A stretch of DNA of 44,394 nt from Spongospora subterranea f. sp. subterranea. Lineage: Eukaryota. The stretch lies in contig JAUGWO010000072.1 of the NCBI GenBank assembly GCA_049724395.1, positions 1-44,394 of the forward strand, read 5' to 3'. The position numbers and the translations under genes were made by a program. The notes under the pieces were generated by a model. That model was not told the origin of the DNA. It saw only the letters and a program-made list of their open reading frames with translations, and made no database searches. Shown here piece after piece: positions 25,605-37,013 of this stretch. Within the stretch, counting starts at the first letter, position 1, and the number at the start of each line of letters is the position of its first letter.

Positions 25605-28191
25605 ATGTCCTATGTTTATGAGTTTCGCTCGAGTACCGGGACAGACGTGTACCCCGTTATTTTGAGGTTTTCTGATGTTGCAGGGGACGGTGCCTGCTTC
25701 TACCATGCATTGGCGAAACACCCTTCAGTCCCTTTTGCCAACGGACTTGCGTTGAAGGAACATATGTTTCGCGAAGTTTTGAGGGAAGAGGTTCGATTTC
25801 ACCCCTTAAGTAAATACAGTGATTGGGCACAAAATGCGAAAGGATTACGCAAACACGCACCTTGGGGATCCAAAGAAGTATGCGGATGAAACAACGCCGT
25901 TTTTTGTCACTGCTGTCCTCGGCATCGATGTCATAACCATAAATGTGTTTGGTGAAGTGTTCCGACCGTCAGTAATGATGCTCGACTCTACCGATCCAGC
26001 CGTTCGGATTCTTGTTCGGCTTCCACTGGTTAATGCATTTGTTCTTCATCATACATTTGGGAAGTCAAATCAGTGGCATCTCCAATCGGAAATCGCGTGT
26101 CAGCGAAATCAGCTGAACCACTTCGGTGCTTTGCTAGGCTCTGAGAGCCTTTGTTTACCAGCCACTGTCTATCTGAATCTCTTGAGGCGAACTGAAGTTG
26201 TGATGGCTATCGGTCAAGAACATCCTGCCAAGGTTGTATCTCTTTCAATTCATACTCTACCGATTTTCATTGTTTTGGCCCAGCGGAAAAAGACGGAGAA
26301 GTGGTCGTTTTCGTCACGCGACGGCGTTCCTCGGCCGGACGTTACCCCGTTGACAAAAGTCCACCAATCATCAATTCCTGGCGGCAAAGAGCCGGCGAAA
26401 GCAGCGGGAAATCAGAAGATACTTTTGAAATGGCTGTCATCGCATAAAAACAATTTTGATTTGGCTTCAAAACTAGATGCCCTGGTGGAACATGAAACCA
26501 AACGCCGATCCGCTCGAAACCTGTTTTGTTCAATCAGAGATGTCGATATCAGAGATGACCCTGATAGTGAAGATGTGCATCGCTGCATTCTTGAAATGGT
26601 AATTATGTTGGATAGTATTATAATGGTATGTAACTCCCCTCAGGTTTCGCATGTTGTGTCAACCTTGTCGAACAGTCAACCTTCACCATCTAGCAGCATT
26701 GTACCGTTGCTCTCAAAGCGTACCAAGGAACTTTCTTGGCTGCAGAGGTCTGCCGTAGTTTTCTTCTATTTACACCCAAAATTGGGTCGCCGCGATTATC
26801 AACTGACTTCGAAAGTGTTCGCACGCCCCAAAGGTTGGCACGGTGGTTGTTGCTCCTCTAATGTTAACACTAACTGCTTAATTCAGCTACCATTAAGTAT
26901 TGGGTCACCAGCATCGAATGTAACAGAGCTATTGGTGTTCATTTGACATCGATGACTGCTAAGTCGATTGAATCCTTGCTTCCGGAGCAGTTTCGCAATC
27001 TTGCAGCTCCGAATAGCAAGGTTCACTTTGTTATTCGCGTTTCAGATCATGCACCGAAACAAAGTTTATTAGTCAATGGCAGCGACGGGTTATCTTGCCA
27101 AGCTTTGTCAGCCAAAGCAAGACTGGTTAATGATAATGCTCAATTACAGTATCTACCGGGGACATTATCACGACGAGCCGGTGCTGGCAGGCCTAACTCA
27201 CTTCTCCACGTTCGCTCTCGTATCGTTGAGATGTTAGACCAGTCTTGGGAATCTGGTACTATTCGGTTGCAACCAGTATATGCTAAGAGTCATAACTTTG
27301 GTTGTTAGGTCGACTCATCACTACAGAGCAACTGTATCAGTTGATAAGGAATGAATTTTCTCGCGACGAAAAATTTTTCACGACGAAACTCGATTCCTCA
27401 AAAAAGTCACACCCCAATTCGCTACACCAGTTCGTGCGCCGGGTCTTGCAGGACAACCGGTATGAACTTCGGAAAGGAGCTTGCTTATATATGTCAGTGA
27501 ATAGTTGATGACAGGTTCTCTACCCGCACGCCAACCGTTTCGCAAAGCATTCCTCTGAACTGGAAAGAATTAGCAAAAAATAACGCTGAGTATCTACGAA
27601 AGTTATTTCGATCAAAAAACGTGGATGTCGTGATCACAGCGGATGAGGTTTCAGCTCAGACTACCAAACTGTCGGTTCTTACTCTATATTCAGGTTTTTT
27701 TGAAGTTTCATGAAATTGCCTTAAAAGCCATTGGCAAAACGGGAGAAAGACATATCGGAAATATTGTGCAAGCGCACGACGAGAAACTTGGGGCAACGGT
27801 CATGGTTGCGTGCGAACTGTTAACCTCTCAGTTATTACCGGCGCGCTTTGAAGCAGCGTATCCAAAGTAAATTATTTATTAAGAAACGAAAAAGCGCCAC
27901 AATTTCGCCCAGGTAAACGACATACTCAAAAATACGTTTTCAAAATATTTATTTGCTGTAGGTGAAAAGTTTCATGTAACTCGTGATGACATGATCGGTA
28001 TAATAGAGTCGGTCATCAACGAGATCAATTTCGAGAATCGCCAATCGAAGTGGATAGCGAACGCATTCATCAAATGTGGGCAAGACCCGTGGAGCGTTTC
28101 ACTCGCAGAGTTCCGACGCCATTTGGATGACCTTGCTACGAACAGTTTGTACGCGGCAATGCTCAAACACCAGCAGGCTCTGAAGTTGTAA
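25605..28191 (+). mobile_element. Intron-containing pogo-like transposase pseudogene preceded by an OTU-like protease domain
   Basis: OTU motif DVAGDGACFYHAL with a later LNHF. Transposase motifs GAGRP, TVSQSIPLNW, DVVITADE|VFLKFH (intron 27648-27693), DEKLGATVMVACE and C-terminal IANAFIKCGQDP. The central DDE region is deleted. Confidence 0.7.
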
Positions 28192-28602
28192 ATACAACCA
28201 ATAAACAAAGCTACATGGAATATTGTCCGCATTTGACAACTCATTCGCTATTTCACTACAGTTCTGAACGTCTAAAGTAATCACTGATGAGTCAGTGATG
28301 AAGATTGACGACACACCTGACCAAAGCACAAGTATGTTTAATATATAGAGATCATGTGGTATTGTTCCAGGACGATGTCGATGGAGGTACCAGTAGAGCG
28401 CGTAAGGTGCATGTACATACACCATCCGAACATCAAAAAAGGGGGTTGCGCCGCTCGGACTTTTCCTCACTGTCAGGCCGCCAAATGGATAAAAATTTTT
28501 GATTTTGTCATTGCAAGGGCTCTCAGATGGGATAATTCTGTCACCAAATCTCTAGAAAATGGCACTAATTTTGTCATTTCCTCGGCGTTTTGCGAATTTT
28601 GT

Positions 28603-30883
28603 CTTTGGAATCAAAGGTACAGTATCCATTACGAGCTTTGGGGTACAGTATCCATTACGAGCTTTGGAACCAAAGGTACAGTATTCCATTACGAGCTTTG
28701 GAATCAAAGGTACAGTATCCATTACGAGCTTTGGAATCAAAGGTACAGTATCCATTACGAGCTTTGGAACCAAAGGTACAGTATCCATTACGAGCTTTGG
28801 AACCAAAGGTACAGTATCCATTACGAGCTTTACAGGAGCTTTGGAACCAAAGGTACAGTATCCATTACGAGCTTTGGAACCAAAGGTACAGTATCCATTA
28901 CGAGCTTTGGAACCAAAGGTACAGTATCCATTACGAGCTTTGGAACCAAAGGTACAGTATCCATTACGAGCTTTGGAATCAAAGGTACAGTATCCATTAC
29001 GAGCTTTGGAACCAAAGGTACAGTATCCATTACGAGCTTTGGAATCAAAGGTACAGTATCCATTACGAGCTTTGGAACCAAAGGTACAGTATCCATTACG
29101 AGCTTTGGAACCAAAGGTACAGTATCCATTACGAGCTTTGGAACCAAAGGTACAGTATCCATTACGAGCTTTGGAATCAAAGGTACAGTATCCATTACGA
29201 GCTTTGGAATCAAAGGTACAGTATCCATTACGAGCTTTGGAACCAAAGGTACAGTATCCATTACGAGCTTTGGAACCAAAGGTACAGTATCCATTACGAG
29301 CTTTGGAATCAAAGGTACAGTATCCATTACGAGCTTTGGAATCAAAGGTACAGTATCCATTACGAGCTTTGGAATCAAAGGTACAGTATCCATTACGAGC
29401 TTTGGAACCAAAGGTACAGTATCCATTACGAGCTTTGGAACCAAAGGTACAGTATCCATTACGAGCTTTGGAACCAAAGGTACAGTATCCATTACGAGCT
29501 TTGGAACCAAAGGTACAGTATCCATTACGAGCTTTGGAACCAAAGGTACAGTATCCATTACGAGCTTTGGAACCAAAGGTACAGTATCCATTACGAGCTT
29601 TGGAACCAAAGGTACAGTATCCATTACGAGCTTTGGAATCAAAGGTACAGTATCCATTACGAGCTTTGGAACCAAAGGTACAGTATCCATTACGAGCTTT
29701 GGAACCAAAGGTACAGTATCCATTACGAGCTTTGGAACCAAAGGTACAGTATCCATTACGAGCTTTGGAACCAAAGGTACAGTATCCATTACGAGCTTTG
29801 GAACCAAAGGTACAGTATCCATTACGAGCTTTGGAACCAAAGGTACAGTATCCATTACGAGCTTTGGAACCAAAGGTACAGTATCCATTACGAGCTTTGG
29901 AACCAAAGGTACAGTATCCATTACGAGCTTTGGAACCAAAGGTACAGTATCCATTACGAGCTTTGGAACCAAAGGTACAGTATCCATTACGAGCTTTGGA
30001 ACCAAAGGTACAGTATCCATTACGAGCTTTGGAACCAAAGGTACAGTATCCATTACGAGCTTTGGAACCAAAGGTACAGTATCCATTACGAGCTTTGGAA
30101 CCAAAGGTACAGTATCCATTACGAGCTTTGGAACCAAAGGTACAGTATCCATTACGAGCTTTGGAACCAAAGGTACAGTATCCATTACGAGCTTTGGAAC
30201 CAAAGGTACAGTATCCATTACGAGCTTTGGAACCAAAGGTACAGTATCCATTACGAGCTTTGGAACCAAAGGTACAGTATCCATTACGAGCTTTGGAACC
30301 AAAGGTACAGTATCCATTACGAGCTTTGGAACCAAAGGTACAGTATCCATTACGAGCTTTGGAACCAAAGGTACAGTATCCATTACGAGCTTTGGAACCA
30401 AAGGTACAGTATCCATTACGAGCTTTGGAACCAAAGGTACAGTATCCATTACGAGCTTTGGAACCAAAGGTACAGTATCCATTACGAGCTTTGGAACCAA
30501 AGGTACAGTATCCATTACGAGCTTTGGAACCAAAGGTACAGTATCCATTACGAGCTTTGGAATCAAAGGTACAGTATCCATTACGAGCTTTGGAACCAAA
30601 GGTACAGTATCCATTACGAGCTTTGGAATCAAAGGTACAGTATCCATTACGAGCTTTGGAACCAAAGGTACAGTATCCATTACGAGCTTTGGAACCAAAG
30701 GTACAGTATCCATTACGAGCTTTGGAACCAAAGGTACAGTATCCATTACGAGCTTTGGAACCAAAGGTACAGTATCCATTACGAGCTTTGGAATCAAAGG
30801 TACAGTATCCATTACGAGCTTTGGAACCAAAGGTACAGTATCCATTACGAGCTTTGGAATCAAAGGTACAGTATCCATTACGA
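28603..30883. repeat. Tandem array, ~69 x 33 bp (CTTTGGAAYCAAAGGTACAGTATCCATTACGAG)
   Basis: Seen directly. One C/T polymorphic site; three indel-bearing units, all within the first ~240 bp. Confidence 0.99.
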
Positions 30884-31293
30884 TGGACGACGAGATGATC
30901 GATATCTTGCAAGAAGAGCGCTATCCATCGATGGATCAGGATCGTTGAGGCTTCGTGTTTGTGCTAGCGACTGGGTCAAGTGCTTCAGCTCCTGTCCCTA
31001 ACGATGATGCATCCACGCATCCAAGAAAGAGTTGTGGACGATGTTCGTCCCCAATGGAGTTCAGAAGAAGAAGATTATGATAACGATGATCAGCCTCAGC
31101 AAATTGAATAATACAATGCATGAGATAAGTTCGAAACCCAGCAAAACTGGTGTTTTCACCAGAAACCTACTCCTCGACGCAAAAAGTGGAAATACGGCAT
31201 GATGATGAAAAACCTTAACAAAAAAGGTTTTTGACATGAAAAATCTAAAACCTAATTTCAGTTTTCCCGAAAAGTAGGTTTTTGCCAGCCTTG
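30884..31293 (+). mobile_element. Possible right end of a hAT-like DNA transposon
   Basis: Acidic ORF tail (SSEEEDYDNDDQPQQIE*), repeated AAAACC/GGTTTT motifs, and terminus GGTTTTTGCCAGCCTTG (reverse complement CAAGGCTGGCAAAAACC). No partner TIR found. Confidence 0.3.
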
Positions 31294-31720
31294 GGACAAA
31301 TAGTGTGGGGAGAGTGTTTCTATACGCGCGAACATTGTATGCGCGCGGAGTTTTTGTTCATACTATCTCCCTCACAGTCGTGGCGCAACCCTGCGCTTTG
31401 ATGAAGAAGACGGTAGACTTTTGACGCGAAACGGACCCGACCTCTCTAACCAGTGCCACCAGTGTCACCAAACTAATACACCATCCCCAAACGGTGTAGC
31501 GAAACTCAAATGTTGATACGTAAAATGGAGTCAATATGTCGACGATCGATGGAGGGCACAGAACCTTATGGTCAGCGAGTATGAATCCGAGCGTTTTAAA
31601 GCGCTGTGACAAGTCGGATCCACACACTTTCACCATGTTTACTGGCCAAGATGACTTTCCGCTGTGTAAGGTGCTGTGTTTCATAACGTATTTCTGCCTC
31701 TTTTCGACAGTACTACTTTA

Positions 31721-31841
31721 GCAAGGTATACGTTCTATTGTACCTTCAGAATCTACGGAAAATGCAGTTGTAGTTGTAAAACTTCCCTGTACGTTTATGT
31801 TGGCCGAGCGCCATTATATCATCAAACAGGACACCGATGGT
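31721..31841 (+). mobile_element. Short diverged MULE DNA-binding-domain fragment, inverted relative to 33032-33145
   Basis: Shares GGAAAATGCAGTT and AGCGCCATTATAT.ATCAAACAGGA.ACCGATGGT with the reverse complement of 33032-33145. Confidence 0.75.
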
Positions 31842-32489
31842 ATCTACTTCCTAATAAACGTGAATGGAAGTTTATAATTGCATCTTCCGACGTGCAAAAT
31901 ACTGATACAACATGAATACAAAAACTATGCAAATCGTCCGACTCTTGCAAAAGCAATGTGCCGTTGCTCCAAAAAGTGTTCATCTTGATGCTATCGGAAC
32001 CTTACCATTTCTGCGGTCCATGACTCAATAGACCAAAGATTTCGAATTTTCTGGCCAACAATGTCATGTTTAATGTCAGACCAACGCAACTTTTTGAAAA
32101 TTGTTGTATTAATCATAGTATCTTGTAGATAGTCTTCAGCCCATTGTATGAGTCTCGTCATTGACAGTCGCAGTGGTTTGAGCCCGAAAAAAATATGGAT
32201 TAACATTTTGATAACCAACAATCCAAAGAGAATACGCACAAACTGACGGTCCCGAAACTGTGAAGGTGAATAGCTTCATCAGGAACAGATCCATTGCCAT
32301 TGCGTGAGGTGCAAATTAAAAAACGAAACAAAAACTGACAATCATTCAGACAATTGGGATCGCAAACAGGAGTCGCTTCCATGCTCGTCGTATCGATCTT
32401 TCTCGGCGAGTTCTTCCTTCACGACATCGAAAAGGAACGATTCGATCTATAAGACCGTTTGGACCTGAGGCAGAAGCTGTGCCTTTCAA

Positions 32490-33170
32490 ATGACCAGCTG
32501 TCTCAATAGCTGAAGCTCCATCAGTCATCAAAACCGAAGTTCCAGTGAAATTCTGATAAAAAGTCTGATAGGCCTGTATCACGCTCCTAGAATTTTCGGA
32601 TGGAGCAAACCCGATACCACCTATGACCGTTTATCCAGAAGAGTGAAATCCGAATAAGACCGACAATATTTCTCCATTGCTGTAGTTTGAACAATGGGCA
32701 CCGTTGATGCATCTTCGAATTCCAGCTGGAAAATTCTTCCTGAATTTGAGATATCTGCCCGAAGGCGAAGAAATAATTCTTTCATGCCGTCTGGATCGGA
32801 ACCAAAATTAACTATCTTGCTCTTCTTGATAATACGCTGAATCAAATGGCTGTTGTAGTGCCTCTCGGGAAATTGTGTTGCAAGGATGCGACGCAACAAT
32901 GGCGCGTTTGCATGACAGCCACAGGTACTCATGAGGTTTTTCTCCGATGGCCACAAATCTCTCTCAAAACGTACAAAAACGTCTGAAGTTTCAGGTATTA
33001 AGACGGTGCTATGATTATGATCTAGGTTTAAACCATCGGTATCCTGTTTGATAATATAATGGCGCTGGGCGAACTTAAAGGTGAATGGAACTTTGAAACT
33101 GCATTTTCCATTGAATTTAGAAGTGCAATAAAAAGTGCCCCTCTGGACAGCGGATCTAGCAAAAATCAGT
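32490..33170 (-). mobile_element. MULE transposase N-terminal remnant
   Basis: FYC-x6-C...HNH (FAR1/WRKY-like zinc domain), YSDFTLLD, and FAPSEN...VLMTDGASAI of the MULE catalytic domain. Interrupted at 33171 by a Gypsy LTR. Confidence 0.75.
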
Positions 33171-33277
33171 TGTGTAGCGATATGTTGCGTTAGGAGCGAG
33201 AGATGGAGTAGGAAGTTGAAGTTGTCTGTAATAATTAAAACTTTATAATTCCCTAAACCGAGTGGTGTCACCGCACA
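33171..33277 (-). repeat. Candidate short (~107 bp) 3' LTR of the Gypsy element
   Basis: Starts TGTG directly after AAGGGGGG, ends CACA, contains TATAAA. MULE coding sequence resumes beyond it. No second copy in the window. Confidence 0.6.
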
Positions 33278-34426
33278 CCCCCCTTAGTCCGGAAGTCGCA
33301 CCGGACTCCACGACCCATCTTGATCGTCATCGTCCTCGCTAGATTCGAAATCTGCGGGATCATAGGGCTCGAAGTCCATCTCTTCCTTGGAAATCGTCCC
33401 TGCCGACATAGCTTCATCATCATCAATGCGCACCGGTACCATCTGATCGACGTTGAACGACGCCTCTTTCCCCGTAGTTACGTGCCGAAGTCGGTAGGTG
33501 TCGGTCGCGTTCTCGTGCCTGCTTAGTACCCTCCAAGGTCCCGTTAATCGCGGCAGGAATCTCCGTGATTGCCGTTCCTCCCATACTGGCGCCGATGCTA
33601 CTTGGGTCACCCAGACCAACCGACCCACGTCCAGGATCACATCCATCCGGCCGTTGTTATAACGGTCTTCGCAGCTCGATACACGTCTGCCGCCGTCTGC
33701 TCCGAGATCTTCCAAGCGGCATGAAGCCTTCGTCGAAGATGCGCCAGATATTCACGCTGCGCCATGGGAGCTGCCTTTGGAATCAACACGTTGTAGCTGC
33801 TGGGCCCCCTCAGGTCTCGTCCGAACTCCAGGAAGTGCGGTGTCTGTCCAGTTGTCCGACATACGCCTTGGCAATACGCAAATGTCAGATAAGGGAGAAC
33901 GCGATCCCACCGGTTCTGCTCGTCCGGCGTTAGCGTTCGCAGAAACGAGTTCAGGTATCGATGCGGTCTTTCCGCCATCCCATTGGCCTTTGCCCGGTAG
34001 GCCACGGTCATCGACAGTTGGATACCCAGGGCTTCGCACATCGCTGTCCAAAGTTCATTCCGCCAGGACGTGCTACGATCTGCTACCAGTTTCAGGGGAA
34101 AGCCTTTCGTTAGAAAGACTCCTGTAATCAATGCCTCCGCCGATTCCGTGGCCGACAATGACTTGACCGATACGAAAATCGTCGCGTGCGTAAATCGACA
34201 GGTCGCTGACAAGATATGCTTATAGCCTCGCGCTGTTGTTGGCAGATTGACGACATGATCGATGTGCACGACCTGCCACGGTTCTTTTGCCATCCCTTCC
34301 TCAAACGTCTGCCGTCTCCCTTGCCTGGAGCTAACAGTCGTCTTCGCTTGCTGACAGGCCAAACAATTGCGAACGTATCGCGCCGCGTCACGTGACATGT
34401 TGGGCCAGTATGCATCCGCCTGCAGC

Positions 34427-34849
34427 TTTTAGCTTGGTTCCTGTCTGTCCCTGTTGGTGGCAGGCATGTCCGGGTGAGTGTTGGTCATGAGTTCGAAACC
34501 CCATGAGTGATGGAATTTTGGGAGACCCCCCAAGGTTGTATCCAATACGGAAAAGTAGAGTGAATGTTGAGCACGAAGGTCTGACCACGTGGCCTCTAAT
34601 GAATGTGGGAGAGCGAGCTGCTTGCAGTAAACTCGGAAACTCTGGATAGGCAATGTAATCAGGTGGGGGCAGGTCCCATTCGGTGTGGTCGTTAGGACAG
34701 ATTATGTTGCTGAATCCAGCTGGTCTAATAGGTTCCTTCATTGGATACCCAAGCTACTTGTAGCGGCCAGGCGGAAGGGGAAAGCCTGGTAGTACACAGG
34801 CTGAACTCAACCCATAAGAACCCGCGATCCTTTGTATACCATACCATAC
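34427..34849 (+). mobile_element. SINE-like retroposon, ~420 bp, with (ATACC)n tail
   Basis: 14-bp TSD CATCCGCCTGCAGC at 34413-34426 and 34850-34863; B-box-like GAGTTCGAAACC near the 5' end. Removing the insert restores the integrase frame. Confidence 0.9.
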
Positions 34850-35228
34850 CATCCGCCTGCAGCCTTTCCAGCGTCCGTCGCCCTCCGAGGTGTGCGCCCA
34901 GTAATCCGTCGTGAGCCGACTTCAACCGTGCTGGTCGATCCTTTGCTGGTATGCAAACCTGGAATGTTGCGGTGCGGTCGTCCTGACTTGGTCGTACTCG
35001 AACCAACACCCCGTTCTCATCCAGAACAAAGTTCCGCCTTGCGTTGTCCGATTCAGGTTGGCCGTTCACCTTTGCGTCGATGAGTGGCCGCCACGTCCCA
35101 TCCTCCGATTGGCGCTGACGTAATGCGACTGTAGACCGATCCGTAGACTCAATGTTGTTGATTGCCCAGCTGACGTCAATGATGTCGTCCTGCGTGATTT
35201 CATTGACCAGCGGATCCCCTGCCTGCAA

Positions 35229-36090
35229 TGGTATGGTATGGTATACAAAGGATCGCGGGTTCTTATGGTATGGTATGGTATGGTATACAAAGGATCGCGG
35301 GTTCTTATGGGTTGAGTAAGCCTGTGTACTACCAGGCTTTCCCTACTTCCGCCTGGCCGCTACAAGTAGCTTGGGTATCCAATGAAGGAACCTATTAGAC
35401 CAGCTGGATTCAGCAACATAATCTGTCCTAACGACCACACCGAATGGGCCCTGCCCCCACCTGATTACATTGCCTATCCAGAGTTTCCGAGTTTACTGCA
35501 AGCAGCTCGCTCTCCCACATTCATTAGAGGCCACGTGGTCAGACCTTCGTGCTCAACATTCAAACTACTTTTCCGTATTGGATGCAACCTTGGGGGGTCT
35601 CCCAAAATTCCATCACTCACGGGGTTTCGAACTCATGACCAACACTCACCCGGACATGCCTGCCACCAACAGGGACAGACAGGAACCAAGCTAACGCGGG
35701 TTCTTATGGGTTGAGTAAGCCTGTGTACTACCAGGCTTTCCCTACTTCCGCCTGGCCGCCACAAATAGCTTGGGTATCCACTGAAGGAACCTATTAGACC
35801 AGCTGGATTCAGCAACATAATCTGTCCTAACGACAGCACCGAATGGGACCTGCCCCCACCCGATTACATTGCCTATCCAGAGTTTCCGAGTTTACTGCAA
35901 GCAGCTCGCTCTCCCACATTCATTAGAGGCCACGTGGTCAGACCTTCGTGCTCAACATTTACTCTACTTTTCCGTATTGGATGCAACCTTGGGGGGTCTC
36001 CCAAAATTCCATCACTCACGGGGGTTCGAACTCATGCCTAACACTCACCCGGACATGCCTGCCACCAACAGGGACAGACAGGAACCAAGC
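35229..36090 (-). mobile_element. Head-to-tail dimer of the same SINE plus a duplicated 40-bp 3' end
   Basis: 14-bp TSD TCCCCTGCCTGCAA at 35215-35228 and 36091-36104. Units at 36090-35695, 35694-~35265 and 35268-35229. Confidence 0.92.
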
Positions 36091-36099
36091 TCCCCTGCC

Positions 36100-36507
36100 T
36101 GCAAGTTAGGGCACAGCAGAGACGAATTTGACAAATTAGGGACTGATTTCGAGACAGCACTATGGACACATCCGACAGAAATGAATGGAATACTGAACAA
36201 AGCAAGACGAAGAGGATGTTTTATCTGATAATGGTTATACGAGAGAGGAGAAACCCTCTTAAAAACTCCCAGAGGAGAAAACCTCTATAAACAATCAGCT
36301 GGCTTGCGATGAAGGCGACATGTCCTACAGCAATGGTGTTTCGTAAGGAATTTCCCCTGTGTCCCAATGGGTTTCGGGGTTTTAGTGAGTCGGGTCATCC
36401 CAACCTCACACTACCATTGTTGTAGAGCAGAATGCTGAGCAACGTATAGCGAAGGTTCTTACAGACCTAACACAAATGTGTTGAACTCAATCACAAAAAA
36501 AAAAAAA
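36100..36507 (+). mobile_element. 5'-truncated non-LTR retrotransposon fragment (ORF end, 3' UTR, A13)
   Basis: TSD GATCCCCTGCC at 35213-35223 and 36510-36520; ORF tail ...KARRRGCFI* ending 36228; poly(A) 36495-36507. The 3' UTR is related to 10094-10341. Confidence 0.8.
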
Positions 36508-36540
36508 CAGATCCCCTGCCCTCATGAGTATATCCCTCCG

Positions 36541-36750
36541 TGCTGAAATACGAGGTTCTATTTAATTCAATATGATGCCCTGAACGAAGTGAGGTCCCAT
36601 CACTGCTGAGGACCACGGAGTTTGTATTTATATTTGACGAGATGTCAATAAATAATGACTGCTTTTTCCCACTAATAAAGGCCAGGCATTAGATTGTCTG
36701 AGAGATTTCGGGTACCTTAGCCCAGCTCGACTACGGTTCTACTTTTAGCA
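36541..36750 (+). repeat. 5' LTR of Copia family B (210 bp, TG..CA)
   Basis: About 90% similar by eye to the reverse complement of ~41810-42017, the 3' LTR of the Copia at the right edge. Followed by a PBS. Confidence 0.88.
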
Positions 36751-36764
36751 GATTAAGAGTCCCA
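36751..36764 (+). promoter_or_regulatory. Primer-binding site complementary to the tRNA-Lys(CUU) anticodon arm
   Basis: GATTAAGAGTCCCA is the reverse complement of TGGGA-CT-CTT-AA-TC and abuts the LTR terminal CA. Confidence 0.8.
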
Positions 36765-37013
36765 ACTTTCCGTTGGCTGCCTATACTGTTGAATACAACT
36801 TGCCTGCCTCAAGTACGGACATTCTCCAAGGAAAGTGCGTACCTCCTGTGGGCGCAACCACGGCAAGAGCATGACATAAAGCTGACTGTACGGACTTTAC
36901 GCATTGGGCTATAAATAGCCATTTCCCAAGGTATCTACCTATATAAGCAATTACGCCACAATAATAAATTCATTCAGCTATTGCATCCGTTTGAGCAACA
37001 TCAACTTTCCACA

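Larger units (their letters stand above)
33171..36540 (-). mobile_element. Ty3/Gypsy 3' portion (integrase with HHCC, core and GPY/F; PPT; 3' LTR), interrupted by three retroposon insertions
   Basis: AHDGLLGAHLG..TLERLQADAYWPNM..CLAC (after removing the insert), HIDHV, LVADR, ANGMAER and TGPWRV. Stop at 33284 followed by a purine tract. Truncated at 36540 by a Copia LTR. Confidence 0.92.

Noticed and set aside
28270..28330. Hammerhead-ribozyme-like CTGATGA-stem-GACA
   Set aside because: The core has GACA instead of GAAA, and stems I and III cannot be formed convincingly. The simple hairpin ATCACTGA-TGAG-TCAGTGAT explains the sequence.
28603..30883. CRISPR array
   Set aside because: Units are contiguous with no unique spacers, there are no cas genes, and the context is eukaryotic.
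28354..31001. Five overlapping 680-860 aa ORFs
   Set aside because: By-products of a 33-bp (multiple of 3) unit lacking stops in five frames. Indels at the left edge swap frames and there is no independent coding evidence.
32621..33271. 216-aa ORF as a real gene
   Set aside because: Chimera: the first ~33 codons come from the Gypsy LTR and the rest from a broken MULE.
35820..35852. HDV-ribozyme-like ending CGAATGGGAC in the SINE antisense strand
   Set aside because: It pairs locally with GTCCTA as a plain hairpin, leaving no room for P1/P3, and another copy has the motif mutated.
34388..36228. Repeated ORFs MKEPIRPAG... and MPIQSFRV...
   Set aside because: Antisense frames of the non-coding SINE copies; their ends vary with flanking sequence.
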